From: Corynebacterium amycolatum
GTDB taxonomy: Bacteria; Actinomycetota; Actinomycetes; Mycobacteriales; Mycobacteriaceae
NCBI RefSeq assembly: GCF_049243625.1
Contig: NZ_CP046975.1
Strand: one strand, 5' to 3'
Length of the DNA stretch: 32,000 nucleotides
Below, in pieces: positions 8,908-17,518 of this stretch (position 1 is the stretch's first letter; each line of letters starts with the position of its first letter). The translations under genes and the position numbers were made by a program. The notes under the pieces were generated by a model that had not been told where the DNA came from, searched no databases, and saw nothing but the letters and a program-made list of their open reading frames with translations.

Positions 8908-10068
8908 ATGAAGAGAACTCTCGGACATGCACTGATTATCATCGGTGCTGCATTGATTGTCATTGCCGTCCTTCTGCCAACCTTCCTGGTGCCTCGCCTC
9001 CGGGTCATCCCACTTGACACTGTGAGCGACACCATCACGGAGGTGCGCGACGGCACCCTGTTGGACTCCAGCCAGCTGGGCAAGAATGAGCCAACGCCAA
9101 ACCGCAAGAATGACCCGCGTTGCAAGGCAGAGACGGACGAAGAGAAGCGCGACCTCCCGGTCCACTGCTTCATCAACGACAAGACTCCGATGCAGTCGAA
9201 GCGCCACGTTGAGATCGAGGAGCCGGCTGACGAGAAGATCGCAACTCTCCAGGTCGGTACCACCCTGCTGCGCGATGACCGCAAAGAGCCGAAGAACCTC
9301 ATCAATGCGATCCTCGACCGCATCACTGTTGATCGCAGTACTGCGTACCCGGTAGATGACCCGATCTCCAGCGTTGCCATTAACGCACCCCAGGGTGGTT
9401 CGGACACCAAGCCGCCGACGTTCACCCGCCCGGGCATCCAGTACCAGTTCCCGTTTGGTGCTCAGAAGAAGTCCTACCCGTACTATGACGTCCAGGCGAT
9501 GCGTAACTTCGAGATCGACTTCGTCGGTGAGGAAACTCAGGATGGCGTCAAGGTCTACAAGTACTCCATGACCATTCCGCCGCAGAACCTCTACGAGTCC
9601 CTGACCGAGCACTTCACTCGCGACGGCCGCAAGCTCACCGAGGCTGACAAGTCCTCGCTGGCTTCCATGCGCCTGAGCTTCCCGGCTCACAAGTGGGGCC
9701 TGGAGGGTGACGACGACGTCGAGTTGGATCGTTACTACACCAACGTCCGTACTGTTCGCGTCGAGCCAACCTCTGGCGTGATCGTCAACGGTACTGAAGA
9801 GATGTTCATGTTCTACGCCAAGGACGACAAGGAAGCGGAAGAAATTGCTTCCAAGGCTGGCCGTGAGAAGGAAGCCAAGGAGCAGAACCGTACCGCGATG
9901 AAGTACACCGCTCAGTGGGACGAAGGCTCCAAGGGCCGTCAGATGGACCGCGCTAAGGAAGCACGTAAGTCGCTGACTATCGGTGGCACTGTCGCACCGT
10001 GGATCCTCGGTATCCTCGGCCTGGTTCTCATCGTGATTGGCTTCCGCATTCGCAGCAAGTCTGCCTAA
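8908..10068 (+). CDS. DUF3068 (PorA-like) family membrane-anchored protein; Rv0227c / NCgl2760-like position
   Basis: 386 aa. The N-terminal anchor MKRTLGHALIIIGAALIVIAVLLPTFLVPRLRVIPLD is typical of DUF3068. There is a second TM at the C-terminus (VAPWILGILGLVLIVIGF). AAAGGA lies upstream of the ATG, and codon bias is strong and highly-expressed-like. Confidence 0.8.
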   Translation: MKRTLGHALIIIGAALIVIAVLLPTFLVPRLRVIPLDTVSDTITEVRDGTLLDSSQLGKNEPTPNRKNDPRCKAETDEEKRDLPVHCFINDKTPMQSKRHVEIEEPADEKIATLQVGTTLLRDDRKEPKNLINAILDRITVDRSTAYPVDDPISSVAINAPQGGSDTKPPTFTRPGIQYQFPFGAQKKSYPYYDVQAMRNFEIDFVGEETQDGVKVYKYSMTIPPQNLYESLTEHFTRDGRKLTEADKSSLASMRLSFPAHKWGLEGDDDVELDRYYTNVRTVRVEPTSGVIVNGTEEMFMFYAKDDKEAEEIASKAGREKEAKEQNRTAMKYTAQWDEGSKGRQMDRAKEARKSLTIGGTVAPWILGILGLVLIVIGFRIRSKSA

Positions 10069-10160
10069 GAGACCAAGCCACGAGGCCCTTAAGATGCCTC
10101 ATGCTCTCGCTTACCCTAAGTTTCACTGAGGAAAGCGAAAAATAATTTAATATAGGGCAC

Positions 10161-11993
10161 GTGACACAACGTTTCCACACTACTCTGACCCAGTCGGCTC
10201 GCTCTCATTCGGAGCGAGTCGCCTGGGTTTTTGTGTTGTCGTGGATTCTCTTACTGACCGCTGCCGTGTGCTGGCCTCTCTTTGCGCCCCTCAAGGCCCC
10301 GGCTGATGGTCGCTTTAGGGCGCCGATATTCCTGCTGCGCGACATGGTCATCCCCAATCACCCACCGCTTACCGACGCGGCCCTGGGACTCGGCCCCGCT
10401 GCGGCACGAGCTGTCCCTCAGGACACCGCACTGTGGGCACTGGGATACTTTGTGGATGCCAGCCATTGGGTGCGCTTCGCCATGGTGGGCGCCTGTTTGA
10501 TTGGTGGTCTTGCAGCTGCTGAGCTCGCCCGCAGGTTCACTCGTCACGGCTCTGGCACCAGTAGCGCATCCAGTGCCGGCCTTATCCCCATGACTCCGAG
10601 CTTGGCCAGTCAGCTGATCGCACCGACGATGCTGCTCTGGAACCCGTTCGTGGTCGAGCGTTTACTCCAGGGACAGTGGTCACTGGTCATCGCCGTATTG
10701 TTACTTCCGGCAGTAGTTCTGGCAACACAGATGGGTAGTGCTTTGTGGCGCACCAGCGCCATTGCCGCTGCGGGCCTCACACCGACCGGTGCCCTTTTAG
10801 CTGGTATCACCGGCATTGTTGCCGCCCGCAATAACCGCGACCGCGCTTGGGTTGCGGCCACAACAGTGGCGGTCAGTTCACCATGGCTGGTGGCATCTTT
10901 GCTGAACCCGAGTGCAGCTAGGTCCTCCGATGTTGCTGGCGCTGCCGCATTTGCGGCCAGAGCAGAGGCACACGTCGGCACGCTCGGCAGCCTGTTGGGG
11001 CTGGGCGGTATCTGGAATAAGCAGGCTGTGCCGCTAACTCGCGAGGCTGGTTTTTCGGCGATCATGGTGCTGGTGCTCTTGGTACTCATGGGCCTGGGAT
11101 TCCGTCGTGTCTGGCATTCGCAAGAGCGCTGGCGGGGGCTGATTATCACCGGCGCCGTGAGCATTGTGCTCGTCGCTCTCGCCGCAACAACGCCGGGCAT
11201 TTTGATGATGGGTTGGGCGCTCGAGCACATCCCGGGGGCGGGTCTGCTTCGCGATGCACAGAAGTGGATCGCGCTCGCTGTCCCTGCCTATGTCATCCTC
11301 GCCGCCAGCGGTGCGGAGTACCTGGCACGCCGCGCTCGCAGCGCCACCGTCAATATCGGCCAGTGGTTGGCTACTGGCGTCAGCGCGCTCATCATCATTG
11401 CCGCTGTCCCCACGCTGCCCGCCGATGTCGCTCCACTCCGCCCCATTCCGTCATGGGAGGGCTGGTCGGCGGTTTCCGGTGTCGTCGCGCTTGACGACGA
11501 TCGCGTTGCGGTTCTACCTGCCGGTTCTTACCGCATCATTAATGGGCGCCCTGTCCTCGACCCGGCTACGAAGATTTTGCCCGCTCCGGTGGTGAGCTCC
11601 GGCGAATTGATCGTGTCTGGGCAGTCGGTGTCTGGCGAGGGAGCCACAACCGTTGAGCGTACGCTGCTCGGCGGTGCAAAGAGGAAGGAGGAGCTTGCGT
11701 CTGCGCTCCAGAGCCTTCGGGACCAGGGCGTTGGCTGGGTCCTAGTGGAGAATTCGCCCGGCAACTTCGGCGATTCAGCTGACATTGTGGCAGCGCTAGA
11801 TCCCGTCTATGAAACGCCTGACCTGCAGCTATACCATGTTCCCGGCGTTATCGATCCGACCACAGAACCAAGCCAGGGAGCCTATGCAGCTGCGTGGATA
11901 GCCTTTGGAATCTGGACTCTTTGCCTGCTCGCTGGGCTACTGGCGGGACTATTGGCTGGAGTAAAGGAAGCGCTACTGCCCCGCCGCAGGTAG
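10161..11993 (+). CDS. Polytopic membrane protein of unknown function with a C-terminal extracytoplasmic domain (Rv0226c-like position; GT-C-like architecture by inference)
   Basis: 610 aa with more than 10 hydrophobic segments, then a soluble domain of about 150 aa (PIPSWEGW...LQLYHVPG) and a final TM. GTG start at 10161. TAATAT at 10148-10153 sits 7 nt upstream, which is compatible with a leaderless transcript. The last 21 nt overlap the convergent GT4 gene. Confidence 0.7.
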   Translation: MTQRFHTTLTQSARSHSERVAWVFVLSWILLLTAAVCWPLFAPLKAPADGRFRAPIFLLRDMVIPNHPPLTDAALGLGPAAARAVPQDTALWALGYFVDASHWVRFAMVGACLIGGLAAAELARRFTRHGSGTSSASSAGLIPMTPSLASQLIAPTMLLWNPFVVERLLQGQWSLVIAVLLLPAVVLATQMGSALWRTSAIAAAGLTPTGALLAGITGIVAARNNRDRAWVAATTVAVSSPWLVASLLNPSAARSSDVAGAAAFAARAEAHVGTLGSLLGLGGIWNKQAVPLTREAGFSAIMVLVLLVLMGLGFRRVWHSQERWRGLIITGAVSIVLVALAATTPGILMMGWALEHIPGAGLLRDAQKWIALAVPAYVILAASGAEYLARRARSATVNIGQWLATGVSALIIIAAVPTLPADVAPLRPIPSWEGWSAVSGVVALDDDRVAVLPAGSYRIINGRPVLDPATKILPAPVVSSGELIVSGQSVSGEGATTVERTLLGGAKRKEELASALQSLRDQGVGWVLVENSPGNFGDSADIVAALDPVYETPDLQLYHVPGVIDPTTEPSQGAYAAAWIAFGIWTLCLLAGLLAGLLAGVKEALLPRRR

Positions 11994-13151
11994 CAGATTG
12001 TCCAGAGTTGGGTTTTCCAAGACATTCAGAACTGCCTCGCCGGTTTTGTCCCAGCCAAATTCTGCGGCACGGGCGACGCAGGCCTTGGACATGGCGCGAT
12101 GCAGTTCGCCGTTATCGAGAATCTGTCGTGTCTTGGTAATTAGGTCAGCTTCATCGCTGGCCAGTAGGCCAGTTTCACCGTCGTTGACCGAGTCGCGCAA
12201 TCCCGCCGAGGAACGGTAACCGACCGTCGGCACGCCGTGCTGCGCCGATTCGATGACGGCGAGCCCCCAGCCCTCCTTGCGGGAAGGCATCAGATGCAGA
12301 CACGCCTTGGAGAGGATGCGGTGTTTATCTGCCTCTGTGGCCTGCCCGTGGAAGACCACGTGATCCGAAACCCCCTTGTCACGGGCATATTCTACGAGAT
12401 TGTCATGCCACCACCCCGAGCCAATAACATCGAGAATCGCACCTGGACGGTCCTGCACGAGATCTGCGAGCACATCGATGGCGTGCTCAATTTGCTTATG
12501 CGGGACCAACCGCGACAGCGTCACCAGATGCGGTGCCGGACCGTCACACTCGGATAGGTCTGCCATGATTTCGGTCGACTGCAATTCCTCCGGAATCGGG
12601 TCCACACCATTGCGAATCACCGCAATACGCCCGGGCGACACTCCGAGTTCTACCAGTTCAGCGGCACTTGGTTCGGAAACGGTGATGTAGCGGCTGCGGC
12701 GGTGAATCATCGGCGATAGACGCGACTCGATGAACCACCCCAGCTGGCTAATAATCGGCCCTGCCACTGGCCACTGCTCGCGGTGGCAGTGATGTGTCAG
12801 CAGCACCGTCGGTGCGCCGGAGAAAATCCGCGCGAAAAAGGGGACACCGTTTTGGGTATCGACCACGACATCCGGCTTGCCGCCGAGCGCCTTGGCAAGT
12901 GGCCCCACGCCAAATCTAGCCCCCAGCATCGCGGTCCAGGAGCGCACGTAGACGGAGAAGTTTCCACCAGCGCGGGAGAAAGTCACGCCGTCACGACGCG
13001 ACAGCGTCGGTGCGCCTGGGTAGCTGGCCGTGCGGAACACCACGGTGTGACCTTGACCGGCAAGGTAACCCGCGACGCGTTCCAAATAGCGCTCACTGCC
13101 TCCACCTTCGGGGTGCCCAGTGTCGCGCCAACACAACAATAAGATTTTCAT
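11973..13151 (-). CDS. GT4-family (GT-B fold) glycosyltransferase; Rv0225-like
   Basis: 392 aa. The N-terminus is MKILLLCWRDTGHPEGGGSERYLERVAGYLAGQGH. The C-terminal half has the EGWGLAVIESAQHGVPTVG (E-x7-E type) motif of Glycos_transf_1. Confidence 0.9.
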   Translation of the reverse strand: MKILLLCWRDTGHPEGGGSERYLERVAGYLAGQGHTVVFRTASYPGAPTLSRRDGVTFSRAGGNFSVYVRSWTAMLGARFGVGPLAKALGGKPDVVVDTQNGVPFFARIFSGAPTVLLTHHCHREQWPVAGPIISQLGWFIESRLSPMIHRRSRYITVSEPSAAELVELGVSPGRIAVIRNGVDPIPEELQSTEIMADLSECDGPAPHLVTLSRLVPHKQIEHAIDVLADLVQDRPGAILDVIGSGWWHDNLVEYARDKGVSDHVVFHGQATEADKHRILSKACLHLMPSRKEGWGLAVIESAQHGVPTVGYRSSAGLRDSVNDGETGLLASDEADLITKTRQILDNGELHRAMSKACVARAAEFGWDKTGEAVLNVLENPTLDNLLPAAGQ

Positions 13152-13157
13152 AACAAT

Positions 13158-14135
13158 ATGAGCCTAACGCTCGGCGCGGCTTTCGTTGCCGCTTTAGCTC
13201 AAATCCATACTCCCAAACCCAACCAGTCCATTAGATTGTTTGACGTGACCAGCTTTCGCTTTCCCGCTTTTATCGTCCCGCCCGCTCTGAAAGAGCTGCG
13301 CAGCTTTGCTACACTGTCGCGCTCATTTGGGCTGCTCAACGACTTCAAATACGAGCAAACCGATCCCGATATTTTCTACGGGCACCTTGCCGAGGACACC
13401 ATCGGCCTCCTAGAAGGCATCGCGGCTGGCGCGGATGGTTCAGTGGGCGCGGTGGATGCGACGGGCACCGCTGGTACGGCGGAGTCGCCGGGCGCAGGGG
13501 GCACGTCGTCAAGCGTTACGACGAATACCGCACTGCGCGGCAAACGCATCCTTGATGTCGGCGGCGGCCCTGGGTACTTTGGCCGAGCATTTGCCCAGCG
13601 TGGGGTGGAATATTACACCTGTGAACCAGATGTGGGCGAGATGGCGGCGGCGGGTATCAAGCTGGAGTCATCGGTACGCGGATCGGGGCTGGAACTGCCG
13701 TTTCGCGATGATGCTTTTGACCTGACATACTCATCGAACGTTGCCGAGCACGTGCCCGATCCATGGACGATGGGTGAGGAAATGCTGCGTGTAACCAAGC
13801 CGGGCGGGCTGGTCGTTTACTCGTACACCATTTGGTACGGCCCGTTCGGCGGCCACGAGATGGGGATGACGCACTACCTGGGTGGCGACCGCGCGCGGCG
13901 CATGTATGAGAAGAAGCACGGCAAGCGGCCGAAGAACTACTTTGGCGAGTCCCTGTTCAAGGTCGGTTGCGGTGAAGGTTTGAAGTGGGCGCGCGCTGCG
14001 GCGGAGGCTGGCGACTGTGAACTGCTAGCCGCGTTTCCGCGTTACCACCCGTGGTGGGCCTGGTGGATGGTGCACGTGCCAGGGCTGCGCGAGTTCGCGG
14101 TGTCGAACCTGGTGCTGGTGCTGCGGAAGCGGTAG
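13158..14135 (+). CDS. Class I SAM-dependent methyltransferase-like protein; Rv0224c / C. glutamicum MtrP-like position
   Basis: 325 aa. Motif I is ILDVGGGPGYFGRAF, with a downstream LPFRDDAFDLTYSSNVAEHV and a conserved tail FPRYHPWWAWW. The start is uncertain. ATG 13158 lies only 6 bp from the divergent GT4 start. In-frame TTG 13236 and GTG 13245 are alternatives. Confidence 0.85.
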   Translation: MSLTLGAAFVAALAQIHTPKPNQSIRLFDVTSFRFPAFIVPPALKELRSFATLSRSFGLLNDFKYEQTDPDIFYGHLAEDTIGLLEGIAAGADGSVGAVDATGTAGTAESPGAGGTSSSVTTNTALRGKRILDVGGGPGYFGRAFAQRGVEYYTCEPDVGEMAAAGIKLESSVRGSGLELPFRDDAFDLTYSSNVAEHVPDPWTMGEEMLRVTKPGGLVVYSYTIWYGPFGGHEMGMTHYLGGDRARRMYEKKHGKRPKNYFGESLFKVGCGEGLKWARAAAEAGDCELLAAFPRYHPWWAWWMVHVPGLREFAVSNLVLVLRKR

Positions 14136-14217
14136 GGGGCATAGAGGAAGCCTTTAGGGCTCTCAACGCACACCGACACTTTAACCCCAACGCCACAACC
14201 CCAACACCACCCTTGCC

Positions 14218-14236
14218 TTTAGGGTAGCCTGCCCTT
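14218..14236 (+). promoter_or_regulatory. Candidate DtxR/IdeR iron box overlapping a putative -35 of the siderophore-uptake operon
   Basis: TTAGGGTAGCCTGCCCTTT matches the corynebacterial DtxR consensus TWAGGTWAGSCTWACCTWA at 15/19 positions. A putative promoter has TTGTTG (14235-14240), a 17-nt spacer and TAAACT (14258-14263). The operon start codon is at 14317. Confidence 0.5.
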
Positions 14237-14316
14237 TGTTGCTGTTGTCGACATTCGGTAAACTGCTGGGTTCAGAAGTACTCAACGAGATTCTTCGCAC
14301 ACAACAAAGGACCTAC

Positions 14317-15387
14317 ATGAACAAAACCTTCAGGACCCTGGCAATCGCGGTGGCCAGCGGAGCCATCGCATTCACCATGGCAGCCTGCGGCAGCGGCGAC
14401 ACGAACAGTGAAAACAACGCCAGTAGTGTCAGCGCCTCGGACACCAACACTCAGTTTCCTGTGACCATTAAGCACGCGTTCGGAGAGACCACTATCAAGG
14501 AGGCCCCACAGCGAATCGCGACTGTCGGCTGGGCGAACCATGAAGTCCCGCTTGCTCTGGGCCAGGTACCTGTTGGCATGAGCAAGGCCACCTACGGTGA
14601 CGATGACGGCGATGGCATCCTCCCGTGGGTTGAAGAGAAGCTGAAGGAACTCGGCGCAGACTCCGGCGAGAAGAAGCCGGTGCTCTTCGATGAAACCGAC
14701 GGCATCCCGTTTGAAAAAGTCGCAGACACAAAACCTGACATTATTCTTGCTACTTACTCCGGAATTTCGCAGGAGGACTACGACACACTCTCCAAGATCG
14801 CGCCCGTCATTGCCTACCCAGACATGGCATGGGGTACTTCATTGGAAGACATGATCCTGATTAGCTCCAAGGCTATCGGCAAGGCCGATGAGGGCAAGAA
14901 GCTGTCCGAGAACTTAGACGTCACTATTGCCGACGCTCTTGAGAAATACCCGAACCTCAAGGGTAAGAAGGCACTCTTTACCTCCTTCGGCGGCAGCTCC
15001 GACCCATCCAAGCTTGGTTTCTACTCCACGGAAGATCCACGCATGGGATTCCTTGTGAACCACGGTCTTACAGCACCGAAGATTGTCGAGGAACAGTCCA
15101 AGACTGCCGATAAGTTCTGGGTTGAAGTCTCCACTGAGAACCCGGAGCAATTCGATGACGTCGATGTCATCATCTCCTACTCCTCGGGCGATAAAGCCGA
15201 GGATGAAAAGAACGTCAAGGATATGCAGACGGATCCACTGCTTTCCAAGATTCCAGCGGTGAAGAACGGCAACATCGCCTTCCTCGAAGATGGCCCGCTA
15301 GGAGCCGCCTCGAACCCCTCTCCGCTCTCCATCCCATGGGGCATCGACCGTTACTTCGCAGCGCTTAACGAAGGATTGAAGAAGTAA
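14317..15387 (+). CDS. Iron-siderophore ABC transporter substrate-binding lipoprotein
   Basis: The track ORF starts at 14236. The internal ATG 14317, preceded by AAAGGA (14306-14311), gives a classic lipoprotein signal MNKTFRTLAIAVASGAIAFTMAAC-GSG. The body resembles FhuD/FepB-type periplasmic binding proteins (KPDIILATYSG). Confidence 0.9.
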   Translation: MNKTFRTLAIAVASGAIAFTMAACGSGDTNSENNASSVSASDTNTQFPVTIKHAFGETTIKEAPQRIATVGWANHEVPLALGQVPVGMSKATYGDDDGDGILPWVEEKLKELGADSGEKKPVLFDETDGIPFEKVADTKPDIILATYSGISQEDYDTLSKIAPVIAYPDMAWGTSLEDMILISSKAIGKADEGKKLSENLDVTIADALEKYPNLKGKKALFTSFGGSSDPSKLGFYSTEDPRMGFLVNHGLTAPKIVEEQSKTADKFWVEVSTENPEQFDDVDVIISYSSGDKAEDEKNVKDMQTDPLLSKIPAVKNGNIAFLEDGPLGAASNPSPLSIPWGIDRYFAALNEGLKK

Positions 15388-15389
15388 TA

Positions 15390-16430
15390 GTGCCGACCTC
15401 AGTCCATACTGCTTCAACAAAGTCCACTCCCCCGCCTTCGACTACCACCAAGTCAGCTGTATTTGTTCTCTTGCTGATACTTGGATTGGTATCGGTAGTC
15501 CTGTCGGTGATGTTCGGCATACGCAGCATTACACCCACCGAGGCGCTTTCCGCCTTAGGCGGAGCCACCGACACCGCGGGAGAAGCTGCAGCGTGGACAC
15601 GCATTCCGCGTACCGTGCTGGCACTGTGCGCGGGTGCAGCGCTCGCCACCTCGGGCGTAGCCTTTCAAGCTGTTACTCGAAACCCGCTCGCAGACCCCGG
15701 AATATTCGGGGTTCTTGCTGGCGCTTCTCTAACAGTTGTTATCGGTATCACCTTTTTCAACATCAGTCGCACACTGCCGACGATGCTGCTTGCATCAATG
15801 GGTGCCTTCGCAGCTGCAGTGTTTGTCTACTGCGTGGGATCAATTGGTCACGGCGGCGCCACTCCCCTCAAACTGGCTCTTGCCGGAGCTGCCACGGCCG
15901 CCGCTCTATCCAGCTTGACCAGCGCCATTTTGTTGCCGCGCGCCGATGTCATGGACGAGTTCCGCAACTGGCAAATCGGCTCCGTCAGCGGCGCGCAGTG
16001 GGAATCACTGACGGTCGCTTTCCCGTTACTTGGTCTCGGGTTCGTCATCGTCTTTTTAACCAGCAGCGGCCTCAACGCACTCTCTCTTGGCGATGATGTC
16101 GCCACCAGCCTCGGCATCAACTTAACCCGCACGCGAGTCCTGGCAACACTCGGCGCGGTGCTGCTCTGCGGAACCACCACTGCCGTCACCGGTCCGATCG
16201 CCTTCGTCGGTCTCATCGTTCCCCACGTTCTCCGGATGGTTCTCGGGACCGACCACCGCGTTCTCATCCCAGCAAGCGCCCTGGCAGGAGCAGTATTGCT
16301 CACGCTTGCTGACACCGTCGGACGCCTCGTCGGTGACCAATCCGAGATTGCAGTCGGCATCATCATGCCCTTCCTCGGAGCCCCATTGTTTATTTGGATT
16401 GTGCGACAGACAAGGATGCGGGAACTATGA
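15390..16430 (+). CDS. Iron-siderophore ABC permease (FecCD family)
   Basis: 346 aa. GTG start 2 nt after the upstream stop. FecCD motifs are present: NPLADPGIFGV, LSLGDDVATSLGINL, TAVTGPIAFVGLIVPH and a GAPLFIW tail. Confidence 0.9.
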   Translation: MPTSVHTASTKSTPPPSTTTKSAVFVLLLILGLVSVVLSVMFGIRSITPTEALSALGGATDTAGEAAAWTRIPRTVLALCAGAALATSGVAFQAVTRNPLADPGIFGVLAGASLTVVIGITFFNISRTLPTMLLASMGAFAAAVFVYCVGSIGHGGATPLKLALAGAATAAALSSLTSAILLPRADVMDEFRNWQIGSVSGAQWESLTVAFPLLGLGFVIVFLTSSGLNALSLGDDVATSLGINLTRTRVLATLGAVLLCGTTTAVTGPIAFVGLIVPHVLRMVLGTDHRVLIPASALAGAVLLTLADTVGRLVGDQSEIAVGIIMPFLGAPLFIWIVRQTRMREL

Positions 16431-17482
16431 CAAAACTCGCCCCCGAAACGCGCCCGCAGAATAGGGCCAGCGACCTAGCGAACGCTATCCAAGAACAACG
16501 CGGTCACGCCCGAACTCGTTTTACGCTCACATTATTGGTTCTAGCAGCGATTACGACCACACTGTGGCTGCTGAGTCTCATGATTGGAGATTCCTTCTAT
16601 TCCCTTGCCGATGTCCTCAGCGTCATTCGCGGTGACACCGTCCCCGGGGCATCTTTCACAGTGGGCGAACTACGCCTACCACGCGCCACTATTGCAATTA
16701 TCGCCGGCTTTGCGTTTGGCGTATCGGGAATAATCTTCCAGACGATGCTGCGAAACCAGTTAGCCTCACCGGACATTATCGGTATTTCCGCTGGTGCGGC
16801 CGCTGCCGGTTCGACCATGATTGTGCTGTTTCACGCTTCTCAGACCGCGGTGTCAACGGTGGCGCTGATGGCGTCGTTAAGCGTGGCCGCACTGACCTAC
16901 CTGCTGGCGTTCAAATCGGGATTTACTGGCACCCGCCTGATTCTGACAGGAATTGGCATTGCCGCGATGCTGCAGTCATGGACCACCTACGTACTATCGA
17001 AGGCTTCCGCGTGGGACCTGCCGACGGCCACACGTTGGTTGACTGGATCGTTGAATAACATGTCGTGGGAGCGCGGATTACCGTTGGTTATTACCGTTCT
17101 TGTCGTGACTCCGCTGCTCTTGATTGGCGCGCATAGGCTATCAATCTTGGAGCTTGGCGACGATATCGCCACCTCACTCGGACTGCGCGTGAACCTGCTT
17201 CGCGGGGCCCTTATTGTCGGGGCCGTCATGCTCATCGCAGTGGCGACATCCGCAACCGGACCAATCTCATTTGTCGCATTCATGGCAGGCCCGATAGCGA
17301 CGCGAATCTTTAGGCCCGGCGCGAACCTCATAGTGCCATCAGGATTGGTCGGAGCATTCTTGGTGCTTGCCGCGGATTTAGCCGGCCAATACCTCTTCGG
17401 CACGCGTTACCCCGTCGGCGTAATTACCGGCGCACTCGGGGCGCCCTTTCTGATTTATCTGCTCGTCAGAACATCTCGATAG
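16427..17482 (+). CDS. Iron-siderophore ABC permease (FecCD family), second subunit
   Basis: ATG 16427 overlaps the upstream stop (ATGA), so it is chosen over the track start 16394. Motifs: NQLASPDIIGISAGA, LELGDDIATSLGLRV, SATGPISFVAFMAGP, GAPFLIYLL. Confidence 0.9.
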   Translation: MTKLAPETRPQNRASDLANAIQEQRGHARTRFTLTLLVLAAITTTLWLLSLMIGDSFYSLADVLSVIRGDTVPGASFTVGELRLPRATIAIIAGFAFGVSGIIFQTMLRNQLASPDIIGISAGAAAAGSTMIVLFHASQTAVSTVALMASLSVAALTYLLAFKSGFTGTRLILTGIGIAAMLQSWTTYVLSKASAWDLPTATRWLTGSLNNMSWERGLPLVITVLVVTPLLLIGAHRLSILELGDDIATSLGLRVNLLRGALIVGAVMLIAVATSATGPISFVAFMAGPIATRIFRPGANLIVPSGLVGAFLVLAADLAGQYLFGTRYPVGVITGALGAPFLIYLLVRTSR

Positions 17483-17518
17483 CTGCGCTTTGTTCATCAA
17501 ACCAAGGAGTCTCTCACC

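Noticed and set aside
8890-9690. 266-aa minus-strand ORF inside the DUF3068 gene
   Set aside because: It is the antisense shadow of a strongly codon-biased gene, with a repetitive L/V/R/D composition.
11925-11960. LLAG x3 repeat at the C-terminus of the 610-aa protein as a DNA tandem repeat
   Set aside because: The repeat exists only at the amino-acid level because different codons are used for each unit. It is consistent with a TM helix composition rather than slippage.
14153-14171. Second DtxR box at the first copy of GCCTTTAGGG
   Set aside because: The 10-mer GCCTTTAGGG is shared with the real candidate at 14214-23. The full 19-mer here, however, matches the DtxR consensus at only about 9/19 positions.
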